A DNA stretch of 63,583 bases, filler included, from Phoronis australis (lineage: Eukaryota; Animalia; Phoronida): NCBI GenBank assembly GCA_002633005.1. It is 8 parts of 8 records of this genome, joined end to end, with 100 filler letters (N's around TTAATTAATTAA, not from the genome) between each part and the next. Parts side by side here need not be neighbours in the genome. Positions count along the whole stretch, not along the records: positions 24,362 to 44,735 come from NMRA01000803.1; positions 44,836 to 47,141 come from NMRA01000731.1; positions 47,242 to 50,481 come from NMRA01003130.1; positions 50,582 to 58,361 come from NMRA01001980.1; 4 more parts are not named here. One strand, written 5' to 3'. The notes below the pieces were generated by a model. The model had not been told where the DNA came from, ran no database searches, and saw only the letters and a program-made list of their open reading frames with translations. The position numbers were made by a program, and so were the translations under genes. Positions 39,280-52,589 of the stretch are shown in pieces. Numbering within the stretch: position 1 is the first letter of the stretch; the number at the start of each line of letters is the position of its first letter.

Positions 39280-39730
39280 CCATCATGACCCTCATAATCA
39301 TCATCACCGTCACCATATTCATCACCATCATCATCATCACCGTAACCTTCACCATCACCATCTTCATCACCGCCCATATCATAACCATCATCATCATCGC
39401 TATTATCACCACCACAATCACCATCATCATCACCACCATCATCATTATAAACACCATCACCATTACTGCCATCTTCACCATCATCAACACCATAATCATC
39501 ACCATTACCAGGGGCGGATGAAGGATTTTGAGTGAGGTGGCCAGGGCAGACTATTAGCCAGGATTTTGCCCGTCAGACTTTCGCACCCAAGAACTGCCAA
39601 ATGGGTACGACCATCACCATCACAATCACCATCACTATTATCATCACCATCACCGCCGTCATTATCACCATCATCATCACCACCATCATCATTATCACTA
39701 TAATCACCATCACCATCACTATCATCTTCA
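39280..39730. repeat. Degenerate (CAT/CAC)n microsatellite, interrupted at ~39508-39605
   Basis: Triplet low-complexity sequence producing poly-H, poly-I/T and poly-M/V ORFs in several frames. Confidence 0.95.
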
Positions 39731-39909
39731 TTTGTACAAAGCGCCCATGGGCCTAATGGCGAGCCAATACGTTAGTATTATCGTTATCATTCAGATGATT
39801 AATATGATTATCGCAGCCACCGTCACTGTTATCGTCATCGTTATTTTTCATATAGTCATTACTAATCACGCTGTTTCCTTTGTTTTCATTTGTAAACTGT
39901 CTTTTGCAG

Positions 39910-40208
39910 AGGAGATACCAAATAACGGGACGTACGAAGTTCACACAGATCGCCGTTGTAAGTGGTCCAGAACTGAAGAACGAAATTGGACACGCACTTG
40001 TGTCCCTGAATGTGGAAAACAAATCCCCGGGATGGTCGACAAGCACATGTCCAAGACCTGTGAGTGGATTAAAGGTGTTGAGTACACCCGCGTGAACCCG
40101 AACGAGTACTACTACTTCTGCCGCTGTGTCTGCGGCCGCTATACGACCACCGCAACCAACACCAATACCACCAAAACCGGCAGCCCCAGTAAATGTAATA
40201 TCTGCTAA
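39910..40208 (+). CDS. Orphan Cys-rich exon, probably extracellular protein
   Basis: Acceptor ctgtcttttgcag (phase 1). Open frame with C-x13-C-x3-C-x15-C-x19-CxCxC, a Thr-rich linker and sequons NGT/NWT/NTT; AATAAA at 40351. Confidence 0.6.
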
Positions 40209-40757
40209 TATACCCTACTCCTAAATGTAATTCAAATATTAGGTATATCAAGCCTAATATCATGTGCGATTTTGCCACGAGTTTCCTGTAAACCTATATC
40301 TAGAAATGTACTACTAACTCCTGATTTGGTGATTTTGGCGTGATTCTGTTAATAAAGTGACGTCAATTATGCATGTTCTTTCTCTTCATCTTCTTCATGT
40401 CATAAAACTTAAAGATAAAAAGCACAGCATCGTAGTTACGTCGAGAATGTTTCGATCTTATGTACCTGGAGATTGGCTCACTTGTTGAAGGCCATCAATG
40501 ACTCCGTTCTACTTATTTTCTGTCTATTGAATATTTTCTACCTCATTTTACTCGTCATGGAACTGAACGTATGTGCAAACATCAAATGCTGAAATTTTTG
40601 GGATATTGGTGAACTTGAAAAACATAAACAATCGTTGTGTTTCTGTGTTTACGAAAACACCTATACAGAACAATGCTGACTTTGTGCACGCGCACAGTCA
40701 AGTTTACTGTCGGCTAAATCACCATCAAGGTCTATATTCGAAAGTTGACTGGGTTAC

Positions 40758-42200
40758 GGTCTAAAATAAATTTTTTGGTCATTCACCAAATGCCAACTGA
40801 ATCTCATATGCAAAGAGTTATTTAGTTGTGCAAATTAAAAAAGAATCATCAAAATCGGACAATGTTTGAGAAATTTATGCATGTTTTTGTCTACGAATTT
40901 CTTGCATTTTTAACGTTACGAGTGGCCATTTTAAAAATTACAAATTTCAATTGTCAACAGTAGAAAAGAAATTTATTTTATCAAGTAAGCAATTGCTTAG
41001 ATATGACTGGGAGCAACTTGAGTCACTTTTAGACTCACTTAGATGAAGTTGTGCTTAATAATTGAGAAATGGTAGGGTTCATCATAAAACAGGCACTCGT
41101 TACAAAATTTGTAAATTCTGTGTTTCTAACCCTCATGTACTGTAAAGAAGTTTAAAAACTAAAGTTCAAACTCTGTCATAGAAAGAACTGCAGAATATGT
41201 TAGCCTAGGCAACACAGCAAAATATTCGATATCTAAATAAACTAAAAGTTTGGATATTGACAGGGTTCTGCTATGTTGAAAATGGGCCAAAAAGGCTAAC
41301 AAAATGTAGTGTACGTACCCCCATGTGGAATTCAGTAACACAAATGGTCATTGCAAATGAAATTATTGCCGTTTAAATAACAACAAGGTGCTTGTTATCA
41401 TCAAAGAAAAATAAATGGCCGTACAACATTATGTCACCTTGTGATGCAGAAACAGTGATGTAGTGTACGTACCCCCATGTTTACAAATGCCATGAAATTA
41501 AAATATCACTTGGTAAGTGAGCAACACTGGTCCTAGACAGTTTCCTTCCTCCAAAATGTTAGGTTAACAGGGTGTTTATTACAATTGCATTTGTTTTGAG
41601 TGAAATATTAGCATTTGCGTAGTGTACGTACCCCTATATTTTAATTTGTGCCTATTTTCAAAGTACGGCAGATATGCACATGAATGCTGTGCTTTTTATT
41701 TCTTCTTTTTGAATTGATTTGGTAAATCAACTAACTCTCAGTAGACTTTTAGTATTTAGTTACAAACCTGACATGTCATTGAAATGTAGTGTATGTACCC
41801 CTGTGTAGTGTACGGACCCCGATGTGAACAAATGCCACGAAACAAAAATATTACACAGTAAGTAAGCAACATTTGTCACAGACAGTTTCCTCCATTAAAA
41901 ATGCTAGGTTAAAAGGGTGTCAATTACAAATACATTTGTCTTGAGTGAACAAACCTAGAATGATGGTACTTTAAAATAACCCAGCATTTACAGTTATATG
42001 ACAACCTTCATTTTTCACCAAAAGTGGCCACCGAATATGGATCTTGATTGTGATTTGGCCGTGTGTTTAAAAACAATCACATCAAAATTTCAACCGATGT
42101 TCGTGCAACATTTTGTGACGGGTTTGCTGAGCTTGATCAAGAATGTTAAAATGGAGAATTAGCGAATAGCTAGCTCTTTGAAGTGCCGATGATCTGACCT
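40758..42200. mobile_element. Kolobok-like non-autonomous element carrying a spaced repeat array
   Basis: Right end GACCT|TTAA; left end TTACGGTC (degenerate); subterminal CAAAATCGG and AAATTTCAACCGAT motifs. Confidence 0.4.
41305..41820 (+). repeat. Five copies of TGTAGTGTACGTACCCC
   Basis: Starts at 41305, 41459, 41618, 41785 and 41804. Confidence 0.85.
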
Positions 42201-42981
42201 TTAACTGGGGTTTTGCACTGTTAAGGTTTGTCTTCTAATTAATAAGAGGCCTAACTGAGACCTTCTTACCAGTCGCCACTTGCTTCGCGGATTCAATCTT
42301 TCAACTGGTTCATCGGCCTCTGCCCCATAATTCACTCATGAACATTCGCTGGTACCTGAAGTAGAATCTACCTAGGTGTCGTCAACTTATCTATGACACC
42401 TATCGGATGCAAGACAAACAAACACTGTCGTACTACGAAGTCAAGCTTGACAACAAACATCAACATAATTACCCGTACCTGATTAAATAATTAATGAAAT
42501 ATGCTAAAATAAATGTAATTCACGACAACAAAGAGTTTGGGAAGCAAAGGCTCCGCGTGCCACGTGCCCCCCAGTAATTTACAGGCGTGCAGGAGAAACC
42601 CCTGGCGTGGGGCCGGTATTAGTCGAGAAAGGAAGACACAACCAAATTTTAATAGAACATTTGTTATACGGGCCAGGACATTTTTTGTTTGAGGTTCCCC
42701 CGGGTTTTTTTGGGGTCGCCGTATGACAGCCCAATATGTCAAGGTTATTTTCTGCCATGTATCTTGTAAGGGTTTGTTGATTTCTGATTCACGTATTTAT
42801 GTATCCACGAAAATCGACTGACCATTTTGACAATTAAAAGCTAGTTTTGTAAAAACTTGATGATGCATAAGTAAACTTGGGTGCAGGCTGACAGTCCTGA
42901 AAATTCCTGTCATCACACTTGCCGTGTTCCGGGTAGTGCACGTGCAAGCGTGCAAGCTCACACTAGTCGTGCTGTGGGTAG

Positions 42982-43057
42982 CACGGGCGGACCCAGTATT
43001 TTGAGTTAGGGGGTTGGGCCATGGCCCCCTTGCCCCCCCCCCCCAAATCCGTTACTG
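42982..43057. mobile_element. 76-bp minimal MITE B derivative with TSD GGTAG
   Basis: CACGGGCGGACCCAG...AAATCCGTTACTG flanked by GGTAG. Confidence 0.7.
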
Positions 43058-44552
43058 GGTAGTGGGTACACAATCTCGTATTTGCTGTATTCCGGGTAGT
43101 GCACACGCAATCTAATATGACCTGTACGTATTTTTCAACATCGAGTTACTGGATGAAACATAGGCACACAGATTTAGTCAAATTTATATTGTAAATGTTT
43201 CGATCTCTAGAGCTCTGGGTTTTATCTGTTTACTCGACATCAAATTTGAAATTATTGTTAGCAGTTTTTATAATTCTACATTGATCGAACTCAAGACAAG
43301 GGTTTACTATTCTATACTCGAATACATAATGCTTTGCATTCTTGATGATACCGACATCAAGGCAAAAAATCGGGTCTAAATTCGTAATTTCGAGTTTTTA
43401 CTCGAAATCTCGAGTGTTTACTTGAGTTTGTATCAAAAATATAAGGGGTCATCAATTAATGCAAACTCATATGTATAAACCGTAATGTTCTCGACCAAAG
43501 ATTAGTAGTCACTTATTCTGAGTTCGCACTAAAGTAGAAGAAAAAATTGCTAAAATGATGCCGATTTCGAATTCGAATGCAAATATTAGACCCAGGCTCT
43601 AGATATTTTAAAGTTGGTTAATTAAGAAATGGGGTATATTAATTACAATACAATAAGCAAAACATGACGTTTCCAATCTCATCAAGTTGGCCAATGCATT
43701 TTGCTCACTAAAGAGACTGCACTGTCTCACGGATCAGTTGACAAGAGCATCAGGAAAGGTTGCAGTGAGCAAATTCTTCACGATGAAGTCAACCGACGTG
43801 TCATCTGCACGATGAATTAGGAAAGAGCTTGCGCGATAAAACGAATTTACCTCTGTGAAAGTATAGCCTACATTTTAGAAACCTCGCAGACTTGGATTTT
43901 TAACTTTATACCAATCTGTCAAGATTGCGTCACGTGACCAAGTCTTTGCATTCAGCAACAGGTACATTCACAGCAGATCCACGGTATCAATAATTTTCCC
44001 AAATTTCATTTCAAATAATAATCAAGTTGAAATCTCAAAAACGCTGTTAAAACGACATTTCAGTTTCACTTTTTGCAAATTTTGACTTTTTGTTAAAATC
44101 TTAACAAGTATCCTATTTGTGATAAGCCCTCATGCAAATTGGAGCGTTATAAATAGAATTATCGGCAATAGCCGGATTTAACGTGTCCGTATTTAGAGAA
44201 CCAGTTTGATGCCCGTTATTCAGTGGATAAAACTGGTTATCAAAATTTGGGCACGTTATATCCGATCATTACCGAATTATCATAAAACACAGAATGTGAT
44301 AGTTTCACAACCCGATCAGCCACTTCTGAGATATGGCGTGCCGAAGTTAGCCAAATTTGGATATTTGTCTAAGATCCTATACAACCTTACGGTAGAGAGT
44401 ATGAAAAAATATCCTTTAACAAAGAACAGTATGAACAAAACAAACTAACGAAGATATTAACTACAGGTGTTTATTCGTAACGCACAACATTGTGTTAGAG
44501 GTTTATAACAATGCACCTAAATGAACTTTTTCAGACTACATAATTACAAAGT

Positions 44553-44735
44553 CTAAAACTTTCTGAGGACCTGATACGTTATTTGGTTGTAATACGTCCA
44601 CGCGTACAACTTTCTGTCTTTCGGATTGTAATCTAACATGAAAGTGGACGTTCGACCACTTCCGTAGTCATTTACGCGTAATTTCATAGCGTTTTCGTTA
44701 AGGAATTTTTCAGTACCGTCATTTGTATCATACAT
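44553..44735 (-). CDS. C-terminus of an olfactomedin-domain protein (cut by contig end)
   Basis: YDTNDGTEKFL...FMLDYNPKDRKLYAWTYYNQITYQV matches the OLF-domain terminal motif MLDYNPRDRKLYAW..G..V.Y. AATAAA lies on the minus strand at about 44470. Confidence 0.88.
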   Translation of the reverse strand: MYDTNDGTEKFLNENAMKLRVNDYGSGRTSTFMLDYNPKDRKLYAWTYYNQITYQVLRKF

Positions 44736-44936
44736 NNNNNNNNNNNNNNNNNNNNNNNNNNNNNNNNNNNNNNNNNNNNTTAATTAATTAANNNNNNNNN
44801 NNNNNNNNNNNNNNNNNNNNNNNNNNNNNNNNNNNTTAGACTAACAAAACTTGAGGGGACACACATTTTGCAAACTAAAATAAAGCTACAACATTAGAGA
44901 CTGGACATATAACTTCAAAATCTGTCAGAGACCAGT

Positions 44937-45265
44937 CTACTGAGAATTCAAGCTGGGTTTCTCAAATAGAATGACAAGGGTTTCTAAAATCAGTAAATGT
45001 GACGGGTCACTGTCAAAATACAAAACAGAAGTTCTACTATAATTTGAGTACAAGTTATTTGAAAACCGTGAGCTCAAAGAAAATAGTTCTTGATGGAACC
45101 GTTTTGAAAATGAAAACTTAACCTCCGTGACAGCGATTGAGTACTCGTGACACCGACATATCGCAATTCGTGAGTGGGTCGTATACAAGCATCCACAGAG
45201 CATTTAAAATTATAAATCAAGATTGTCCTCCTTTGAGGTTGCTGTACCTTGGTATCATTCTGCAT
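44937..45265 (-). mobile_element. Penelope-like element GIY-YIG endonuclease 3' fragment
   Basis: LIYNFKCS..C...YVGVTSTQSLSRRLSFHFQNGSIKNYF and, after a frameshift, LILETLVILFEKPSLNSQ. Confidence 0.85.
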
Positions 45266-47299
45266 CAGTATGCATGTGGTATGATAATTTAAGTTTACAA
45301 TTTAGAGCTTTTTCATTATCATTAACAATTTTACTAAGAACATACAACTTATTCACCAAATAACAATGAGTGAGGTTCTAAATAAACAATGCATTCCGCA
45401 TCTTATCACAGTGCAAAATGCTATTTTTCGCGTGCCTCGTTATATATATGTCTCAAATGCATGTTTTTTAACCTAAACAGGCTTTTTTAAAATGGCAACT
45501 GCATGAATACGGTCTATTATTGTCACCTATTTGTCAAATTTCATGAAACTCCATCAAAGAACTCCAATAATACATACGAAAACATAAAAATTGCCATTAC
45601 TGAGCACAGCGGCAGACAGATCTGTCCAAAAATAAAAATCGTCACCTGCAGGGATATTCCTGATCATGCGAGTAAAAATGGTGCTGGGCGAGTAGAAGTT
45701 GACTTGCCGGTCGCCCAGGTGGCGAGCGAATTTCAAAGTGCAAAAGCACTATATATCGTTTCCCAGATGAATATGAATAATTTTCCTCCTCCTTGTGCTG
45801 TTTTTTTCATGAATTTAAGGTTCAGTTTGGTCATCGTGTCGATGCTCCGGCAGTAAAAAACATCGGCGTAGTGCGACCCTACTGATTCAGTACATGTCAC
45901 CCGTTACGCGATTCGTCAAAAAAATCACAGTGTGTGGTCGTGCACAAAGAATTTGTGGCACAAAGAATTTGTGGACTAGTCCGAAACTAAGAAAAGGGGA
46001 GAAAAGTGGAAGACCGGTCCATGTGCTCATAGCAAATGAAATACCATATTTCTTGGAACTGATTCATTTTTGTAATGCACAGTGTCATTTTAGCCAAAAT
46101 TATTTTTATAACATAAGCGCCCATGCCCCTATAAGCGTCCCCACTCGTTTCCAGACTTCGCTAAAATAAGCGCCCAGTCCATGAATGTGTATATATTTGT
46201 GCGAAAAATGTCTTACCTCACAGTTCTGAAATTCTCCAGTAATGTATTCAATTTATCAATAATATCCGACAGTCCTGAAAAATCATTGTGCGCGGAATTT
46301 CTAGTAGACCACGATCCTCGCCCCTATGTCGGTATTTAGCCGTGGCTGTACACTTCAAACCGTTCCGCAGTGCTTCAAAAAGAACGCAAAAGATTTGCTG
46401 ATCATGCGAGGAAAGTGTCACACCATATGGTCCGGCCCTTCGAACAGACGCAGCGTACTGGTCAACGGGATTGGTATTGCATCTTTCCCATACAGATTTT
46501 CTCCCACAACAGGAATCCAGATTGCTTTGTACACGTAAAATTATGAAAACCGCGAATCGAAACTTGGCCAAGAAGCGCGCGCTAGAGGGCATACATGTGG
46601 GCCTGCTCAATGAGATAAATATAACTACATAATTATACAGCTCACAGGGCCTGCTACTCTGGCAAATGAACACGGATGACACGCACGCGCTCGCTCACTC
46701 GGTGCACACCTGTTGACTCACTTCAATACAAACGTCACGTGACAACAACATATGTGTTCGTCCAGATTTTTCTCGTTGCCGGGTGCGATCTAGTGCCGAT
46801 TTTGACTTAATCTGCGGTTAATCCCGACTCCGAGTCCACAGGAACTTAAGAATCTTAGGATAGGCTATTTGGAAAACTTAAGGAGGATTAGAGGTAATTT
46901 GAGTCGAAACTATTTTTACTCAAGAATTCAATTTGTCCTATCGACGATCGCGAAGCAGCGACGCATCAGTCGGCAAGTTTTCGCCCTGGGATTTCAGCAC
47001 ATTTTTTTTAAAGATTAACAACAGAGTTTGATAGCAATGCACCACAGTTTTGTAGAAAGTCTGTCATAGGTTACACATACGTCACAGCGGAGACCGGGTT
47101 TTAACCGCCGTAGGCTACAAAAAGCGTCCCCCTGGGCGCTANNNNNNNNNNNNNNNNNNNNNNNNNNNNNNNNNNNNNNNNNNNNTTAATTAATTAANNN
47201 NNNNNNNNNNNNNNNNNNNNNNNNNNNNNNNNNNNNNNNNNTGACTGACTCGACTGCTCTCATAGTCAGACAATATGAAAAGAAATTGGTGCGAAATTC

Positions 47300-47443
47300 T
47301 TGCCTCCCAAAACGTCACTTCCGGAGTAGACGACGAGTAGTTAATTCAATTACGAAAAGCAGTAAATAAGTGAAAGCTATGTCTGGGATAATCAACGAAC
47401 CTTATTTTTGCTTAAAATGACATGAAAAAGGTTGCCTTCGCCT
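47300..47443. mobile_element. Second copy of the Kolobok end seen at 13338-13484
   Basis: CTTGCCTCC.AAAACGTCACTTCCGGAGTAG...AAAAAGGTTGCCTTCGCCT|TTAA. Confidence 0.8.
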
Positions 47444-47487
47444 TTAAGCTCTACTTAAAGCGATTGCGACCGCAAAACGCAGTTTGA

Positions 47488-47592
47488 GATTATTGTTGGT
47501 TAGGATAGACTTCATGAATTTGTTATTATTGCTGGATGTTACAAACTTCATGAGGTTATTATTATTGTTAGATGGGATAGACTTCATGAAGT
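47488..47592. repeat. ~33-36-bp degenerate tandem repeat, 3 copies
   Basis: Unit approximately TTATTATTGTT...GATAGACTTCATGAA. Confidence 0.7.
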
Positions 47593-47678
47593 TACAAGGT
47601 TGGACCAGACGTTTAGAACGCCAAAATCCGTTTTTTTTGCGTTTGAACACACTTAAAATAGTATGTCGCTGATCAAGT

Positions 47679-47922
47679 GGGATTTAGCTCAGCCAGCAGT
47701 CCATTAGTAGGCTGCAACTTCAAGGGTTGCAGGTTCGATTCCACGCTGAGGCTGATCTCCAAAAGAAAACTCTCTACTACAGTGTCCTTTTAGCCACAGC
47801 GTATTTTTTTCAAGTGAGCTCTATCAATTTCCCTGTCCAGCTACACTCCTAGCTTCAGTTACGTGCCGGACATGACTATCGACAGAAATTATTACTTAAT
47901 TACTCCAACAACAACAACAACA
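47679..47922 (+). mobile_element. tRNA-derived SINE
   Basis: A-box-like TAGCTCAGCCAG, B box GGTTCGATTCC at 47732, no intact cloverleaf, (CAA)n tail at 47906-47922. Confidence 0.6.
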
Positions 47923-50900
47923 TACATATCATCGAAAATAAGCTTCCGCAGTCAGCGCCCGTCCATGACAGATGTGCACTGTAGTTGGGCAAAACTAGGC
48001 TTTGCATAGACATAACAATTTTTTCAATTTAAATGAAGGCAGACTGTTTTCATATGAATTTCACCCAAACCAGCACCTTGCTTTTGCATGATTCATGAAT
48101 AAGAGATTTCATCTTTGCTTCGTCTAGTTTGTGAATGCACAGTGCTGTAGTGGGGCGTAGGCGCACGTACATGTAGGCGCAGCCAACCTATTCATGGGAT
48201 TTGAACGTACCGCTTACGCACCGGTAAGTTACGTTCAGTGCTCAAAGTGATGTGGTGAGCTTTGAGCGCCTACTTACTTCTAATTCTACCATTACAGCAC
48301 TGCAAATGCATCGCAAATACCTGTATTTTAGGAGTGCTGTCCATAGTCACTATTAAAAGGTCCTTGAAAGATCATGAACTGAGAACAGGTTTTTTTTTTA
48401 ATCATTTTATAAATAACCGATAATCAGATCGACAAAATAATTGTTCGTGTACATGAAGCCTGCATGATTTCAACTATTTGGTTTACTGCAGTTATATGAA
48501 CTCGACCACAATGATAAGGTACTGGATATTGGCCCAAGACATTTTATAGATAAGTTCAAATTTTCGTGCATCCTGTTTCATGTACATTGAAGAATACAGT
48601 AATATTGTTCACGAAAAATTTATTTCATTTATAAGAATCAAGCATTCATGTACGACAAATTGGAAGATGTGACTTTTATTTCGATCGGCAATTTACATTT
48701 TTCTCATAAACTGTGGTCACAGAGAGCTAGAAGAATGCGTCAAGACCAATGGCACCAATGTCAATCAACACTACCCCGACATAGATTTCTTGTCTTGGCC
48801 TTCACAATCTACAGTTGTATGCCTCTGATAGAGAAGACTGTTTCACCAGAAGTTGATAATCGCAGACCGTACACTGCGTGAAGTGTTGCAAAACATCGCG
48901 TTGTCACTAGAACGTACATCCAAGAAAACGATGATGATCTGAGTGATTGGCTGTCACTTAGTTTAGAAAATGTACATGACTTGAAGTTTGAGAGAACGCA
49001 AACAGTCAATCCTCAAAAGCACACCGAACAAATCGCACCATTGGGCGTGAAAATCAACGATTCTGGTATCCTAGGGAGGACGATGCTCAATCTGTTCTGG
49101 TTATTATTGCAACTGAGCACCCGAAGCAACGATGGTAATGTTAGATTATTGATACTAGTGAACATTGTCCAAAAAATTCTGCTAACAATGCAAAGAAAAA
49201 AGTTAAGGCATTGGTCTTACAAAGAACCAAAACAAACGCACAGATCCTACAACATGAGCTCGTACGCACAATTATAATTGTTGCAGAGGGAATAGCACCG
49301 AGTAACTTCAAGGATGACGATGATGCCTTTTTGTCAAACTTATTGACTAAACTTTATTCTCATATCTTACAACACAATACATTCAAAATCCCAGATTTTT
49401 CTTCTCCATAAATTTTCGTTCAGTGGAATCTACTAGCAAGTAGCAAAAGTTTCACGAATTGACGATTGTGTCTTTAAGCAAAGCACTGCAACTGCATTGT
49501 TCCGGTAGACTTTTAAAAATGAATACCACCAAGACTGGGGAATCGCCAGGGCTCTAATCTTTTTACTCGAAATGGAATTCGAAATTATGTTTGGCATTTT
49601 CTGCAGTAGTTCATGGACGGTGTAGCACTTAAAACATGAGTGGCTATAGCCTCCCTGTGGTGCACCGCCCATAGACCATGGGGGCGCAGCACTAAAAAAA
49701 AGTGGGGACTATAGCCCCCAACCCCCTATGGTGCGCCGTCCATGTAGTTAAATGTCTGATTTTTTAGCAACGACTGAGGAATGCCAATAACGAACTTAAT
49801 TATCATCGCCGTGTTCTAAGTTTAAAAGAATGGAAACGCACACACGTGCACACGCATACAGTACATATCATCCACCAATCCACAGCCAAAGTAGAAATTT
49901 GAAAATGATTGCACGTTACCGTACTCTGCCACTATCAAAATAGCAGAAAAACCTACTTTCTGCTATTTTGTTTCTTGGTTGATTTCAAGACCTTCACACG
50001 GCACAACTTTTTGGGAGCTGTCTCGCTACTATGTAGCCTACTAGGTATAGACATTTCCTTCTAGACTCCCGTGTTATCCTATGTTGTAGCCACCACGTGC
50101 ATTCAATGCCGATGAATAACATAAAGCCTCCTCTAATCGTCTTCACGATCCTATCATAACCATCATTCGAGCAAAGTTGACCGGATGATTACGTGAACTA
50201 AATTCAAAATTATTACTGAATGTATTTATCATTGTAGTTAGTAGTACCAGTAGCTGCAACAATTTTGTTGTTGTTGTCCATCTGTATCCCACCTTTAACG
50301 GATAGGCCGGGGCAAGACTTTTTTATCTGGCAGCAGCACCCGACCACTGAAATTGTCAGGCATATACATGTAACTGCTGTGCCACGTGGAGTTATGCTGG
50401 ATATTATACAGTGCTGATCGAATCCAATGTCCTATCGAACGAACTTCAGCCTCAGTCAGGCCTCGGGTGACCTTCAACCGGNNNNNNNNNNNNNNNNNNN
50501 NNNNNNNNNNNNNNNNNNNNNNNNNTTAATTAATTAANNNNNNNNNNNNNNNNNNNNNNNNNNNNNNNNNNNNNNNNNNNNTAGCACACTCTGCTCAGCA
50601 GACAAGACGCTTACTGGTGTCAGCTTATTGCTTGAATTCATCGTTTTACACCAATAAACCACCAAAATTCGAAGTAAAATCCTTTGAAATATATTGATTT
50701 ATTAAACAAATGAGTTATTTTATTTCGCTTTAATTTACGGATTTATAGAAATTTTGAACGTATCGCAGCCTACAACGGAGTTCGATAGACCAACTTAGCG
50801 AGGTCGGTCGCGGGAAGTTTGGAGTTTGTTCGGTGATAAATTAGAATTATTCTTCCGTGAAATACAAACAGGAGAGTATAGCCGTGCGTTGTAATTTTAA

Positions 50901-52589
50901 ACTTGCGAAATTTTTCAGTTCTAAACACAAAACATTTTAACCCAAAAACTCAGAACCGGCAGGCCCCTCGCGGCCGGACTGGAGACATTAGGAACATGAA
51001 CCAGTCATTGTTAGTCGGCTGTGAAAGTTGAAAACTAAACTTCCAGGCACGAAAAGACTAAGACTAGCGAACCAAAGAAATATTTTGTTGAAATCTACTT
51101 ACTCGCCGGGGGCCGCGAAGCCAGGTTCCTCCTCCACAGAACCTTACGAGGAAAAGGTGTACAATAACAATGATTTGAGGTAAATATGTTTAAATAAATA
51201 TTCCCCTAACATCTGACCATATCATATATAAATACCGAGTCGTAGTTTCACAACAGCTTTCTGTCAGCAAAACACTCACGCTCACACGGCGGTCAATTAG
51301 TTTTATTGCATCTGAAGCCGGTAACGCAATTAATATGATTTATTCATCGTTGATACTCAAAACATTTGCACTCACAAACACTCCTAAGGTGTCATAAATT
51401 GTCTCTATTGAGACAGACTTTGACACTTTGAAGTTTTACATAAACATTGGTTAGGGCGAGAATAATTCATTTTGCCAAACAGAACAATCCCGGCCACAGA
51501 CACGGAGATATTTCACGGCCTCATACTTGGTATTAAAAGCGTACTTTTCGTTCTTTACTGCTAGGAACCACTTCCGAAGCATTTCCGGTTTTAAGAAAAT
51601 CGAAAAAAAGACATTATACCCGCATTCCTCGCAGCTTCATGGTTTGCACATGCGGGAATACGTCACAACATAGCGGTACACACTCAGCTGAAGAACCACT
51701 GACGTCGCTGCGTCGTGTTCTCACCTTCCTCACAGGATAACGCGACACCTTTCGGCGAGGTGAGATTGATTGTATACGCCCGAGGTGATGTAGATATAGA
51801 CCGATTAAGATGGTAACAGAAACCAATTAAATCGCATGGCATTCTACTTTAAAGTTGTGATAAGTGTGTCTAAATGTTTATTAAAACGATACTAAACCTT
51901 TTTTGAGGATTTCAACCAATCATCGTTCTGTCACCTGATAATGCATCATTGGCGCCAATCTCGTAATAAAAAAGCAGTGATCAATTAAAAACTCATACCC
52001 TTACTCACAAATTGGACATTACTGTCCTTGGAGAATGGTCTTTTCCCACAGTTGCCGTGTATTCTCTAAAAGCGTATGTCACTTGCCTGTTTAGCAGATT
52101 TTGAAAGGAATTCTCATTTCCCTTAAGACGTTTTAGGGTTGTCGAGAGTTACAGCTACATTATTTGTTTCAGAGAACTGGATAGGAAAGTCGTGTTTAGA
52201 ATCTGCTAATAGGCCTAAACTGGGCTTGGTATCCTTTTAACTATAAATATAGTAGTGCTAAATCACATAGCTGAATACATAGATAAAATAACTACTGGAG
52301 TAATTCATGAACGAATGTTTAGCATAACTTCATTATGTCGTTTTGTGACGGCATGTCTATTCTTATTTCCGGGTCCAAATTGCGTCATCTACTGCCATGC
52401 CACGTCATCACTAGCCTAAACTAAACATCCGAATTCAATACTTGGTTAACTCGGAACAGAGAAAAGTGGACGGTGTAAGCAATATAACACCCCCCTTTTC
52501 CTAAAAATGAAAAAGGTATAAATACTTATAAAAAAGAAAAATACTGGCTCTTCTTGGTGCGCATCTGACACAGATGTCCACAATGAATT

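Noticed and set aside
39164-39756. His-rich ORF with hydrophobic N-terminus (metal-binding protein?)
   Set aside because: It derives from a (CAT/CAC)n microsatellite that is open in several frames on both strands and is interrupted by a MITE-like end; CAT rarely mutates to a stop.
40089-40103. RVNPN pentapeptide shared by both Cys-rich exons (also at ~56665-56679)
   Set aside because: Different position relative to the cysteines, different contigs and no other similarity; probably chance.
41305-41820. CRISPR-like repeat-spacer array
   Set aside because: The repeat is only ~17 bp, spacers are ~140-150 bp and partly homologous, there are no cas genes, and the context is eukaryotic.
47679-47755. 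Functional tRNA gene
   Set aside because: A and B boxes are present, but there is no acceptor stem or regular anticodon arm, and a SINE-like body and tail follow.
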